Made by a program: the position numbers and the translations under genes
Shown here: positions 24,278-34,025 of the stretch, piece by piece
How positions within the stretch are numbered: position 1 is the stretch's first letter
Layout: each line of letters begins with the position of its first letter
The notes under the pieces: model-generated
Database searches by the model: none
The model's input: the letters and a program-made list of their open reading frames with translations, nothing else
Told to the model about the DNA's origin: nothing
IMG/VR virus record: IMGVR_UViG_3300045988_009625
Span: 1-57,728 of that record
DNA from: a virus
Length of the DNA: 57,728 nt
Direction: 5' to 3' (one strand)

Positions 24278-24387
24278 TATTGGTAAAATCAGTTGCCTAG
24301 TGATTGCAACACGAAAAGAGTAACCTACGAACTCCTGGCAACTGTTTTTATATAAATCGTAGGGTTATCTATCGTAGGAGGTAATTT

Positions 24388-25464
24388 ATGACAGACATAA
24401 AAATTAAAAAAGCAGTAATTAGAGAAGATTTATTATCAATAACAAACGATTATAGAAAAGCAATCATTCTCAATCAGTTTATCTATTGGTCTGAAAGAGT
24501 TTCAGATGCCGATAAGTTTATCAAGAAAGAAAATGAGATTGCGAAGAACAATGGAGAAGAAGAAAGAGAGCTTTTCTATGGTTGGATATATAAAACCGCC
24601 GAGGAATTAGCTGATGAGGTTATGTTAGGTTTATCTGCAAGCCAGATAAGAAGATATATCAGCGATTTGGTGAATATGGGTTATATCTCAAAACGAAATA
24701 ACCCTAAATATAAGTGGGATAGAACATTACAATATAGGGTAAATCTTGTAAATATTGCAAAAGACCTTAAAAAGAATGGCTATCCATTAAGCGATTATAA
24801 AATTGAAATTCCAGAAAATGAAAAAACCATTACGCACTCGTGCGTAATCAATAATGAGCCAATGAAAAATCAAACACAAGCTAGTGACGAAGCAATACCA
24901 AAGAGTACTAACATAGATTACTTAAACAAAGATTACAAATCAAATAGTACAGAATGTAATTCTCTTAACAGAGAACAATGTAATTCTTTTTTACCCAAAG
25001 ATAAAAAAGTGAAAGAGTTTAAGCCGATAAGCGAATACTCTCAAAGTGATTGGGAAGTTGCCGAAGAAAGAATGATAAACAGAGCCGGCAAGATAGCTTA
25101 TGATTGGACTAATGATAAAACGCTCAAAGAAAATACAGAAGCATTCTTTAAATACTTTTTAGATAAACACGGAGAATGTACTGGAGAATATCACTACCCA
25201 TTAACAGATAAGGTTTTATCAAGAGTAGTAGATAACCTAACAAAAGAAACTGACATAGAGCGTGACGGATATACAGACACCTATTATGCGGCTATAAGTG
25301 ATATGGACGATAATACAGACTACAAGATGTTAGTTGATGAATATTTCAATACAAAGTTTTCGGCAAAATGCGATTACAGCTTAGTTCATTTTTCTTCTGA
25401 AAAGGTTTTGATTAACATTATGAACCACGCTTGTAAGAGCAGTTGGTGCGAAAGCAAGGAGTGA
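24388..25464 (+). CDS. winged-helix replication-initiator-like protein (second organizer-like gene)
   Basis: ...AIILNQFIYWSERV...GWIYKTAEELADEVMLGLSASQIRRYISDLVNMGYISKR... Confidence 0.5.
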   Translation: MTDIKIKKAVIREDLLSITNDYRKAIILNQFIYWSERVSDADKFIKKENEIAKNNGEEERELFYGWIYKTAEELADEVMLGLSASQIRRYISDLVNMGYISKRNNPKYKWDRTLQYRVNLVNIAKDLKKNGYPLSDYKIEIPENEKTITHSCVINNEPMKNQTQASDEAIPKSTNIDYLNKDYKSNSTECNSLNREQCNSFLPKDKKVKEFKPISEYSQSDWEVAEERMINRAGKIAYDWTNDKTLKENTEAFFKYFLDKHGECTGEYHYPLTDKVLSRVVDNLTKETDIERDGYTDTYYAAISDMDDNTDYKMLVDEYFNTKFSAKCDYSLVHFSSEKVLINIMNHACKSSWCESKE

Positions 25465-25469
25465 TTATT

Positions 25470-25664
25470 ATGGCTATGGGAGTACACCCACTAAACAAAG
25501 ATAAATTCTATGAAGCAATTAATTTGTACATATCGGGGCAGGCTTCACAGGTAAAGGCAGCAAAAGTAGCAGGTTGTAGCGTACCGACATTTAAGAAATA
25601 CGCTAACAAGATTTATGGCGGCGAGGAATTACCGGATAATTTATGGGGGAAGAATAATGATTAA
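25470..25664 (+). CDS. small HTH protein
   Basis: ...QASQVKAAKVAGCSVPTFKKYANKI. ATG 25470. Confidence 0.5.
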   Translation: MAMGVHPLNKDKFYEAINLYISGQASQVKAAKVAGCSVPTFKKYANKIYGGEELPDNLWGKNND

Positions 25665-25893
25665 GGGAATTGTTAATCGTTGGATAAGACACAAGACAAA
25701 GAATCTGACAGAAATACCACTTTTTACAATGACATTTAACTACCGTAAATATAAAGCAGACGGAAAGAAAGACAGTTGCATGTTTTACGCACACCCGGAT
25801 ATTGCCAATGATGAATTTGTGAAAAGCAAATTACAAGAAGCTGTTGACTATATCAGAGATAACTATGATTTAGATAGTTTTACGAGGATTTGA
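25657..25893 (+). CDS. hypothetical protein
   Basis: ATG 25657 follows GGGGGAAG. The track starts at 25615. Confidence 0.55.
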   Translation: MIKGIVNRWIRHKTKNLTEIPLFTMTFNYRKYKADGKKDSCMFYAHPDIANDEFVKSKLQEAVDYIRDNYDLDSFTRI

Positions 25894-25902
25894 GGTGCGC
25901 GT

Positions 25903-26094
25903 ATGTGCGAATTTTGCGAAGATATAGCAACGAACGATAATGAATATATGAAAAAAAGATATGTCGGCGGAGATTTTATTTGCAAAGATGAAAATGGATT
26001 TGGGGTGTTGATTGACACAGGAGACAGTGGCTGCCTTGGATATATAAAAATCAATTATTGCCCTATGTGCGGAAGAAAGTTGGTGGAAGAATGA
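25903..26094 (+). CDS. zinc-ribbon mini-protein
   Basis: CEFC...CPMCG. Confidence 0.55.
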   Translation: MCEFCEDIATNDNEYMKKRYVGGDFICKDENGFGVLIDTGDSGCLGYIKINYCPMCGRKLVEE

Positions 26095-26222
26095 AATTTT
26101 ATTTAAAACTGATATTAAAAATACTGATTGCGATAGTATGCATCGCAATATCAATTTGGCTTTTTGAAATTATTTATAATTCAGATATGCCTACATGGTT
26201 AAAATGGTTATTATTGAGGTAA
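26091..26222 (+). CDS. small membrane protein (43 aa)
   Basis: MKFYLKLILKILIAIVCIAISIWLFEIIYNSDMPTWLKWLLLR. ATGA overlap. Not in the track. Confidence 0.45.
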   Translation: MKFYLKLILKILIAIVCIAISIWLFEIIYNSDMPTWLKWLLLR

Positions 26223-26228
26223 TAAAGA

Positions 26229-26468
26229 ATGAAACATCAAAAAGAATGGCGCACTTGCGATAGGTGCGGTAAAGAAATGACATTTTACAATGAGAAATAC
26301 GCTCATTTTAAAACAGGAGAATTAGAACCTTTACACGAGAAAACTATACACACAGCAGAAGATTTAGCAAAGCAAACACTTCCAATGGTTATATGGAAAA
26401 ACGAGCGCAAATATGATTTATGCCCTAAGTGCAGAAAAGACTTTAAGAGGTTTATGAGGAATGAATGA
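26229..26468 (+). CDS. zinc-ribbon mini-protein
   Basis: CDRCGKEM...CPKCRKDF. Confidence 0.6.
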   Translation: MKHQKEWRTCDRCGKEMTFYNEKYAHFKTGELEPLHEKTIHTAEDLAKQTLPMVIWKNERKYDLCPKCRKDFKRFMRNE

Positions 26469-26757
26469 TTGTTCAAAATGCAAATTCAGCGAAGAAGATT
26501 ATATTTTCGATGAAGAAATAGGAGAAGAATACCCCATTTATACTTGTAGCAAGGGCAATGACACAGACTTAGACTGTGAGTGTGAGGATTTTAAGGAATA
26601 CAAGCCAAGAAAGCCAAAAGAAAAAGACACAAAGTGCGATAAATGTGAGCATCTTGAGATTTGCCTCGATAAGGGCAATGTTATTGATTGTAGGACAGTT
26701 TGCGATACAAGAAGTCATTATATAACTGGCAGAATGGGGTGCGTTAAAAATGAATGA
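26461..26757 (+). CDS. Cys-rich mini-protein
   Basis: MNDCSKCKF...CSKG...CECEDF...CDKCEHLEIC...C..VC. Confidence 0.6.
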   Translation: MNDCSKCKFSEEDYIFDEEIGEEYPIYTCSKGNDTDLDCECEDFKEYKPRKPKEKDTKCDKCEHLEICLDKGNVIDCRTVCDTRSHYITGRMGCVKNE

Positions 26758-27103
26758 TTGCAACTTAACTACTTGCCGATATAACAAAGACAATAAATGC
26801 ACAAATGATGAAAAGAGAACAGAATGTATTGAGGTATCGGAAAAGGTATTATGCGTTAATAAGAAAATATTTAAAAAGATTGAAAATGCCAAGGATATTG
26901 GTAATGAGGATGACAAGCCGATAGAAACATCTGAATTGCATGATATGACTATTGATGTTAATGTTTCAGTTGATGCAGTTAATGAGTACGCAAAATCAAT
27001 TTTAGGAAGATACCCTAAAGACAATATGGAGTTTTCAAGAGCCTTAGCAATGAAAATCTTAGAGGAAACAAAAGCATTAGTGAATATCGTGAGAAAGGAA
27101 TGA
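26750..27103 (+). CDS. hypothetical protein (MNDC N-terminus, as in the upstream gene)
   Basis: 117-aa ORF, overlapping start. Confidence 0.6.
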   Translation: MNDCNLTTCRYNKDNKCTNDEKRTECIEVSEKVLCVNKKIFKKIENAKDIGNEDDKPIETSELHDMTIDVNVSVDAVNEYAKSILGRYPKDNMEFSRALAMKILEETKALVNIVRKE

Positions 27104-27107
27104 GGTT

Positions 27108-27290
27108 ATGAAAATAATTAAACAAGGCAATTTGAACATAGCCAGAAAACCACTAAAGTTTGAATGTAAAAATTGTGGAACGATTTTTGAAGCAATCAAA
27201 CAAGAATATATATACTGTGGCGACCAACGAGAGGGCGATAACTGGAAGTGTGAATGTCCTTTGTGCCACAAAATGGTTTATTACAGCTAA
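27108..27290 (+). CDS. zinc-ribbon mini-protein
   Basis: CKNCGTIF...CECPLCHK. Confidence 0.55.
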   Translation: MKIIKQGNLNIARKPLKFECKNCGTIFEAIKQEYIYCGDQREGDNWKCECPLCHKMVYYS

Positions 27291-27328
27291 AACAATTATT
27301 GCTGATTATCAGCAGAAAGGAATATGTT

Positions 27329-27727
27329 ATGAAAAAATTATTTGTAAGTGTGCCAATGAAAGGTAGAACAGAGGGAGAAATCAAAAAGAGTATTCAGAAA
27401 ATGAAAAAGATTGCTGAAATATACGAGGGTGAGGAGTTAGAGCTTATCGACAGCTACATTGAGGATAATTCGCCTAAAGACAGTAAAGAAGCTGTATGGT
27501 ATTTAGGTGAAAGCCTTAAGAAGCTGGCACAAGCTGATGTATTTATCGGAATTGAAGGCAGTTGGTGTTGGAATGGATGCCACATTGAAAGAATAACCGC
27601 TGAAAAATATGGCATAAAAACATATGCGTGCCCAGCAGAAGATGTAATTGATTGTTATTCTTTATTACTGGAGAAAAAAGGGATATATGCATGCACGACC
27701 AAAAGAAATGTTTATCCTAACATTTAA
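27329..27727 (+). CDS. DUF4406 / nucleoside 2-deoxyribosyltransferase-like protein (tentative)
   Basis: MKKLFVSVPMKGRTEGEI...ADVFIGIEG... ATG 27329 follows GAAAGGA. The track starts at 27254. Confidence 0.4.
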   Translation: MKKLFVSVPMKGRTEGEIKKSIQKMKKIAEIYEGEELELIDSYIEDNSPKDSKEAVWYLGESLKKLAQADVFIGIEGSWCWNGCHIERITAEKYGIKTYACPAEDVIDCYSLLLEKKGIYACTTKRNVYPNI

Positions 27728-27810
27728 AGATGATTGCTGAAATAATAAATATTACCGCCATATAAGTGATTTATGGCGCTACCCTAAAACAATTATAGGC
27801 AGAGGTCTAT

Positions 27811-27846
27811 AAGCACCTTTGCTGAAAAGTGGAGGTGCTTTTCTTT
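27811..27846 (+). terminator. terminator/attenuator hairpin immediately upstream of terL; its 3' arm contains the terL SD
   Basis: AAGCACCT-N14-AGGTGCTT followed by TTCTTT, then ATG 27847. The GGAGG SD (27831-27835) lies partly inside the stem. Confidence 0.6.
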
Positions 27847-29571
27847 ATGGCTAGTCAGAGCCTTATTTCCACAGTTAATGGATATGAAAATTACATAAAG
27901 AGAAATGGAATAGATGAACAAGTAATTAATGCCTATGTAGACGCTTGCAGTGTAGCCATAAACGGCGAGAAAGATATTGAGTATGGACTACAACTTACCA
28001 AAAGGACAAAAGAGCTTATAGAGGACTTCTGCACGGCTAAAACAGGCGGTACGATATGGGATTTAGAAAAATATGCATTCGATAACAAAACCAGCTATGA
28101 TTTGATTGACAAGTATTATGAGCCAGTACTACTTGAAGCACAAAATATGATAGTTGACAGCTATTTCCGGTATCTGGAAAAGAAAAGAGAACCAAAAGAA
28201 CGGTTTTATATGCCTAGAAAGAAGTGCTTTGATAAAATGGGATTAATTGAAGCACTTCAAGGAATGCTAGAGGACAAGTACGACATTCTTTGCATATCTG
28301 GAATACCTGGATTTGGAAAGACAACAACGGAGAAATTCTTTAATTCCGGAATAATAGGGTGGTTTCCTAGAGATTTCAACCTGTTTTATTCCCATAGTGG
28401 GGATATTACACGAATGTATTACGACGGTGTGTACGATATTTGCACAAATGATGATGAATATACATGGAACGAAGTTTTCCCGGATTTACATGTAACAAGT
28501 ACAAATGCAAAAATGGAGCAGTTTAACGTAGGGAAGTATAAGCCGTTTCCGTCAATGCAATGTACGTCAGTAGGAAGTAAGAATGCCGGTAAGGTTCGTG
28601 CGTCTAAGTTTCTTTTGCTTGATGACATGATTGGTGGCATCGAAGAAGCGCTAAACCCTATGATACTTGATAAATTGTGGGATAAGTATGCGGTGGATGC
28701 AAGACAGAGGAAAACACAGGATTCAGACGGAAAGCCGTGTAAGGAAATTCATATTGCTACAAGGTGGTCTGTGCATGATGTTATCGGTCGTATTCAGAAT
28801 ATGTATGCCGGAAATCCGAGGGTAAAGGTTATTGCGGTTCCGGATGTAGACCCGGTAACAGGAGAAAGCAACTTTAATTATGAATATGGCGGCTTTACAA
28901 AAGAGTTCTTTGCAGACCAACAACTTTTGATGGATGAAATCTCTTATAGATGTTTGTATAAACAAGAACCTATTGAGCGTGAGGGATTATTGTTTCCTGA
29001 TGATAAAATACGCAGATACCTTAATTTACCACACGGAGAACCAGAGATTATTACAGGGCAATGTGATACAAAAGGAAAAGGAACAGACTATTTTGTATTG
29101 CCGGTTCTTCAAAAATATGGGGATGATTATTATTGCGTTGATTGCGTGTGTGACAACACAGCAGATTATGAAGAACAATACAGAAATGCCGCAGGTGTGC
29201 TTGTAAATAATAAAGTGCAAGAGTGCGAATTTGAGCGCAATGCCGGCGGAGATAGGGTTGCAATGGAAGTTAATAAGCGCGTGGAGAGTGTAGGCTGGAT
29301 ATGTAATATTACAGATACACCTACAGAAACAAACAAAGAGGCAAGGATTTTTCAATGCTCTAACTGGATTTTGCAGCACATTATTTTTAAAGACGCATCA
29401 CTTTACAAACCTAATGAACCATACGGAGTAATGATGTCATTACTAAAGCAGTATTCAGTATCAGGGAAGAAACAGCTTGATGATGTTCCAGATGTATTTT
29501 CAAATTTTGCATTGAGGATGACAAAAGGGAATCGGGTAAAAAAAACAGTTATTATGTCAAGCCCAATATAG
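27847..29571 (+). CDS. terL: terminase large subunit
   Basis: ~575 aa, P-loop-like GIPGFGKTT, Walker-B-like LLLDDMIGG, acidic nuclease-domain residues. Lies upstream of the portal gene, separated from it by two small genes. Confidence 0.75.
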   Translation: MASQSLISTVNGYENYIKRNGIDEQVINAYVDACSVAINGEKDIEYGLQLTKRTKELIEDFCTAKTGGTIWDLEKYAFDNKTSYDLIDKYYEPVLLEAQNMIVDSYFRYLEKKREPKERFYMPRKKCFDKMGLIEALQGMLEDKYDILCISGIPGFGKTTTEKFFNSGIIGWFPRDFNLFYSHSGDITRMYYDGVYDICTNDDEYTWNEVFPDLHVTSTNAKMEQFNVGKYKPFPSMQCTSVGSKNAGKVRASKFLLLDDMIGGIEEALNPMILDKLWDKYAVDARQRKTQDSDGKPCKEIHIATRWSVHDVIGRIQNMYAGNPRVKVIAVPDVDPVTGESNFNYEYGGFTKEFFADQQLLMDEISYRCLYKQEPIEREGLLFPDDKIRRYLNLPHGEPEIITGQCDTKGKGTDYFVLPVLQKYGDDYYCVDCVCDNTADYEEQYRNAAGVLVNNKVQECEFERNAGGDRVAMEVNKRVESVGWICNITDTPTETNKEARIFQCSNWILQHIIFKDASLYKPNEPYGVMMSLLKQYSVSGKKQLDDVPDVFSNFALRMTKGNRVKKTVIMSSPI

Positions 29572-29585
29572 GAGGTTAATCTATT

Positions 29586-30008
29586 ATGACAACTAAGGAC
29601 TATCTGAATCAGATAAGTTATTACAACAAGATAATTGATAATAAATTGATAGAAATAACACAGTATAAAGAATTATCATACAGCATATCAGCGGTTGTTA
29701 ATGAAGAAAGAGTTGTATCATCATCAGATCCAGACAAAACAGGCTGCGGATATGTCAGACTTGAACAAATGGAAGAAAACCTTGATAAGCTTATAGATAA
29801 ATACATTGATGTAAAGAACAAAATAATAGAGCAGATAGAGCAGATAAACAACGAAGATTATTACACAGTATTGTTTCTAAGATATGTCAGAAAGTTTACA
29901 TTTGAAAAAATTGCAAATGAAACAGACTGGTGTTGGCGACAGGTACATAGAATACATGCTAAAGCACTGCAAGCCTTTAAAGACAAATATGGGAGTGAAT
30001 ATCTGTAA
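29586..30008 (+). CDS. sigma-70 region-4-like regulator (DUF1492/ArpU-like pattern)
   Basis: ...DYYTVLFLRYVRKFTFEKIANETDWCWRQVHRIHAKALQAF. Confidence 0.5.
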   Translation: MTTKDYLNQISYYNKIIDNKLIEITQYKELSYSISAVVNEERVVSSSDPDKTGCGYVRLEQMEENLDKLIDKYIDVKNKIIEQIEQINNEDYYTVLFLRYVRKFTFEKIANETDWCWRQVHRIHAKALQAFKDKYGSEYL

Positions 30009-30102
30009 AAGATGTCATAGAATGTCACATTGCCGGTGTGGTATAGTATATCTGTAAGAAGTTACAAAGATGTTTTTCATAAACAAAACATTCCTTATCA
30101 AG

Positions 30103-30137
30103 AAGCACCGTTACTTAATTGTGGCGGTGCTTTTGTT
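30103..30137 (+). terminator. intrinsic terminator (AAGCACC family)
   Basis: AAGCACCG-N14-CGGTGCTT followed by TTGTT. Confidence 0.65.
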
Positions 30138-30154
30138 ATGCAAAGAGGTAATAT

Positions 30155-30364
30155 ATGGAATTTTATGCGAATAAAGACAAGTCAATTATGTGTCCGAACT
30201 GCCATAAGTTTCTAACTAAGGCAGATAAGAAAGACCCACGCACACACAAACTAGCTTGCAAACATTGCGGCAAATGGATTTGGTATGTGCCGAATGATGA
30301 TGACAATTTTCAGATTAAAGAAATTCCACGGAGTAGAAGCTCAAGTGGTATGACATTTTATTAG
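30155..30364 (+). CDS. zinc-ribbon mini-protein
   Basis: CPNCHKF...CKHCGKW. Confidence 0.55.
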   Translation: MEFYANKDKSIMCPNCHKFLTKADKKDPRTHKLACKHCGKWIWYVPNDDDNFQIKEIPRSRSSSGMTFY

Positions 30365-30375
30365 AGGTGCAAGAA

Positions 30376-31968
30376 ATGCAGACAGGAAGAATTGCTATTT
30401 ATACAGATGCAAAAGAAATAACATCTGACAATATAATACCGATTTTGCGTGAAGCAATTTTGGAACATGATATTAATTCCAACAGAATACAATTTCTTCT
30501 TGATTATGATGCAGGAATACAGCCAATAGTTAGGAAGAATCCAAAGACTTACAGACCAGACATTGACTGTGAGTGCTGTGATAATGTGGCTAACGAGGTC
30601 ACAGAGTTTAATTTAGGCTTTAAATGGGGGAATCCTATAACACTTGTTCAAAATGGCGACAATGAGGATTCTAACCTTACAGAAGCTATAGCGGAATTAA
30701 ATAGTTGCTATGAATCGCAGAATGCAAGGCAGAAGCAACAGGAACTTGCAAGATATGTTGAAATTGGCGGCGTTGGATATGTCTTTATTGATGCTAACAC
30801 AGAGTATGAAGATGGGGAAAGTTATTTTACATATGACATATTAGACCCAAGAACAACATTTGTTATAAGGTCAACAGCTTACAATGACAAGAGAGTTATT
30901 CTTGCAGGTACTTATATCAAGGATAAGCATAGTGGAACAAGATATTATACTTGTTTTACTAAAGATATCCGATATGAAATAACTGACGGAATAAAAATTA
31001 CCAATGGACCAGAAAAAGGAAAGACAAAATGGGGATTTTTAAAGAGAAGCGGAGAAGAAAATCCATTACATAAAATCCCTATTATTGAATATACAAGGTC
31101 ATTCGACAGGATGGGCTGCTTTGAACGGCAAATATCTGAAATGGATAACTTAAATTTACTTATTTCAGATTTTACCAATGATGTTGAACAGAACACACAG
31201 GCAGTTTGGCATACAAACGATGTTGACTTTCCTGTAGAGAAAAAAGTTACAGACAATGAGGATGGCACACAGACTATTGAAGAAACTGTAAGAAAACCAA
31301 AATCTGGCGAGTGGATGCAGACTTATACATCAGCAGATGGCAAAACTCCAATAGTTGAGCCGCTTGCAATCAATTATGATTATACAGGGATGCTTAATAA
31401 TATCCAATCAAGGCGACAGATAATCTTGCAGAAATGCAATGTACCACAACGAAATGATAATAGCGGTGGCAGTACAGGAGTTGCAATGTCAGATGCAACA
31501 GGTTGGTCACAAGCAGAAACAGCGGCGGCAAAACAGCAATTAATTACTGATGGCTGCAAAATGGAAGAGATAAAAGTTGTTCTTGCAGCTATCAAGCTGT
31601 CAAACAATGTTAACAGTAGCAACCCATTACTTAAATTAAAGGCAAGAGATGTAAAGCCTAACATTAAGCGACAAAAAACTTATGAAATGTCAACCAAGGT
31701 TAATGCTATGGCAACATTGATAAGCCACGGATTTAGCCTTAAAGATACAGTTGATGCGATTCCATTCTTTGACGACCCTAACGATGTTGTAGCGAGAAGC
31801 GGAGAGATGGTTAAGGCATATCAAGACAGTATAATCAACAAAGACACACAAAACCAAGCGGAGGGCGGAGATGGCGAACAATCACCTAACAAAGACCGCA
31901 CAATGCAAGACTTATCAGACCAGACAGAAAATAGTCCAGTTATAGATAAGAGCAGAACAGATAAATAA
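30376..31968 (+). CDS. portal protein (SPP1 gp6-like)
   Basis: ~530 aa, positioned between terL and scaffold/capsid. N-terminal ...NIIPILREAILEH..N..RIQFLLDYDAG pattern. Confidence 0.8.
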   Translation: MQTGRIAIYTDAKEITSDNIIPILREAILEHDINSNRIQFLLDYDAGIQPIVRKNPKTYRPDIDCECCDNVANEVTEFNLGFKWGNPITLVQNGDNEDSNLTEAIAELNSCYESQNARQKQQELARYVEIGGVGYVFIDANTEYEDGESYFTYDILDPRTTFVIRSTAYNDKRVILAGTYIKDKHSGTRYYTCFTKDIRYEITDGIKITNGPEKGKTKWGFLKRSGEENPLHKIPIIEYTRSFDRMGCFERQISEMDNLNLLISDFTNDVEQNTQAVWHTNDVDFPVEKKVTDNEDGTQTIEETVRKPKSGEWMQTYTSADGKTPIVEPLAINYDYTGMLNNIQSRRQIILQKCNVPQRNDNSGGSTGVAMSDATGWSQAETAAAKQQLITDGCKMEEIKVVLAAIKLSNNVNSSNPLLKLKARDVKPNIKRQKTYEMSTKVNAMATLISHGFSLKDTVDAIPFFDDPNDVVARSGEMVKAYQDSIINKDTQNQAEGGDGEQSPNKDRTMQDLSDQTENSPVIDKSRTDK

Positions 31969-32094
31969 TTGATATTGAGCCGCAGGGTAGAAAATGCCTT
32001 GTGGCTTTTTATATGCCCTAGAGAAAGGGCAATACAAATATCGCAAGAAGTTGAGAGAACAACAAAAAACGCAGAAAGCAGAGGTAAAGAAATT

Positions 32095-32673
32095 ATGGCA
32101 GATGTAACTAACACAACAACAGAACCAACAACTAATAATGAACCACAGAACGAAGAGCAGACACCTAGCGTAGAAGAGCTTATGGCACAGCTTGCTAGTG
32201 AAAGAGCCGAAAAAGAGAAGTATAAGAACGCTTCAGATAAAGCCAGTTCAGAAGCAGCTAAGTACAAGAAAGAGCTTCGTTCAAAACAGACAGCAGAAGA
32301 ACAGGAAGCAGAAGCAAAGGCAGAAGCTGAAAAGTTGCAGGCTGAAAAATTCGAGAATATGAGCAAAGAGCTTAATCATATGAAAGCTGTCAACGCTTAT
32401 CAGAAAGTTATAGGCGATGGAAATGATATTGATTCTTTGATTGAGGCGGTTGCAGATGCAGACCATAGCCTTATAGCAACTGTAATTGCCAATGAAGTGC
32501 AAAGACAGGTTAAAGAAGCTAAGGCAGAGTGGCTTAAATCGAGACCGGCTATTAATGCAGGCGGTGGAGAAGAAAGCACGATAACACAGGAACAGTTCAA
32601 CAAGATGAATTACCACGAAAGAGTGGAGTTCAAAAATAAGAATCCAGAACTTTATAAGAAGTTCACAGAGTAG
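32095..32673 (+). CDS. scaffolding protein
   Basis: Acidic, coiled-coil-rich 192 aa (EKEKYKNASDKASSEAAKYKKELR...) between portal and capsid. ATG 32095. Confidence 0.7.
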   Translation: MADVTNTTTEPTTNNEPQNEEQTPSVEELMAQLASERAEKEKYKNASDKASSEAAKYKKELRSKQTAEEQEAEAKAEAEKLQAEKFENMSKELNHMKAVNAYQKVIGDGNDIDSLIEAVADADHSLIATVIANEVQRQVKEAKAEWLKSRPAINAGGGEESTITQEQFNKMNYHERVEFKNKNPELYKKFTE

Positions 32674-32693
32674 AAAACGGAGGTAAACAAACT

Positions 32694-33725
32694 ATGCCAC
32701 AGACTAAGTTAGCAAATTTAGTAGATCCACAGGTAATGGCTGATATGGTATCAGCTAAGTTGCCAAAGAAGATTAAGTTCTCACCTATCGCAAGAGTTGA
32801 TACAACACTTGTAGGCAGACCGGGAAGCACAATTGTTGTGCCGAAGTATGCTTATATTGGTGACGCAGAAGATGTAGCAGAAGGTGTTGCTATGGGTACA
32901 ACAGTACTTACAACATCTACAACAGAAGCAAAGGTTAAGAAAGCAGGTAAGGCTGTAGAGCTTACAGATGAATCAGTATTATCTGGTTATGGCGACCCAC
33001 TTGGTACAGCTATCAATCAGATTGCTATGTCAATCGCTGCAAAGGTTGATAATGACAGCTATGACGCACTTTGCACAGCACCTATTGATTACGATGGAAC
33101 AGCAGCACCTATTAGCTATTCAGCAGTTGTAGCAGCTAATAGCAAGTTTGATGATGAATCAGATTCATCACTTACAAAGATATTATTCATCAATCCGGCA
33201 CAGGAAGCCACATTGCTTAATGACGATGATTTTAAGAGCAACGATAAGTACCCACTTAATGTGATTATGAACGGCACTATCGGCTCTATTGCAGGAGCGC
33301 AAGTTGTTAAGTCTAAGAAAGTTAAGCTGGTTAAGTATGAGCTTGATGATTCAACAGGAACAATTAATGTTGTAGCTGATACAACAAGCGAAGATGCAAC
33401 TAATGTTCACTTTAATACAGCACTTGCACACACGCTTAAGCAAAAGGATAAGGAAATAAAGGTAGGCAGCAAGTTAAAGGCTGTTACAACAGAGTTCTAT
33501 GCTTGTCCTATTGTTATCGTATCAGCAGAAGACCCTAACGAGGACACAGGTGCAGATGGCGTGTCAGAGGAAGAGAACGCACTTACAATCTATATGAAGA
33601 GAAGCGTTGAGATTGAATCAGACAGAGATATTCTTGCAAAGACAACTGTTATCTCTGGAGATGAACACTATACAGCAGTCTTAAGCAATGATTCAAAGGT
33701 TGTTCTTGCTAAGTTCGGAAAGTAA
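32694..33725 (+). CDS. major capsid protein
   Basis: 343 aa, strong RBS, follows the scaffold gene. N-terminus MPQTKLANLVDPQVMADMV...VDTTLVGRPGSTIVVPKY is typical of HK97-fold capsid families. Confidence 0.8.
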   Translation: MPQTKLANLVDPQVMADMVSAKLPKKIKFSPIARVDTTLVGRPGSTIVVPKYAYIGDAEDVAEGVAMGTTVLTTSTTEAKVKKAGKAVELTDESVLSGYGDPLGTAINQIAMSIAAKVDNDSYDALCTAPIDYDGTAAPISYSAVVAANSKFDDESDSSLTKILFINPAQEATLLNDDDFKSNDKYPLNVIMNGTIGSIAGAQVVKSKKVKLVKYELDDSTGTINVVADTTSEDATNVHFNTALAHTLKQKDKEIKVGSKLKAVTTEFYACPIVIVSAEDPNEDTGADGVSEEENALTIYMKRSVEIESDRDILAKTTVISGDEHYTAVLSNDSKVVLAKFGK

Positions 33726-33736
33726 GAGGTGTTTAT

Positions 33737-34015
33737 ATGTTATTAAGACGACATAAAATCAACGCCGCAAAGCAGAGCGAAGAAGTAACAGCAGATAATG
33801 CAAGACAGGAAGCTGTTTATGGAGATGAGCTTAAATATGAGGAAGAGCAGGACAAGTTTCCTGTTCAACCTACAAGCGATTACACAAAGACAGCTATTAA
33901 GCGTATGCCAACAGCGGACTTACAGGCACTTGCCTTAGAGCAAGGCATTGAGAATGCAATGGAGCTTACAGGAGCAGAACTTAAAGAACTGTTAATCGAA
34001 AAATTAGGATTATAG
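33737..34015 (+). CDS. hypothetical head-associated protein with a C-terminal HeH/SAP-like motif
   Basis: ...TGAELKELLIEKLGL. Confidence 0.55.
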   Translation: MLLRRHKINAAKQSEEVTADNARQEAVYGDELKYEEEQDKFPVQPTSDYTKTAIKRMPTADLQALALEQGIENAMELTGAELKELLIEKLGL

Positions 34016-34025
34016 GAGGCACGTC

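Noticed and set aside
31821-32366. 181-aa antisense ORF, and similar long minus-strand ORFs (824-1249, 46087-46737, 46741-47235, 40729-41160, 26569-27024).
   Set aside because: They lie entirely inside well-supported + strand genes. They are Ser/Leu/Cys/Phe-rich, as expected from antisense reading of AT-rich, GAA/AAG-rich coding DNA, and they lack an RBS.
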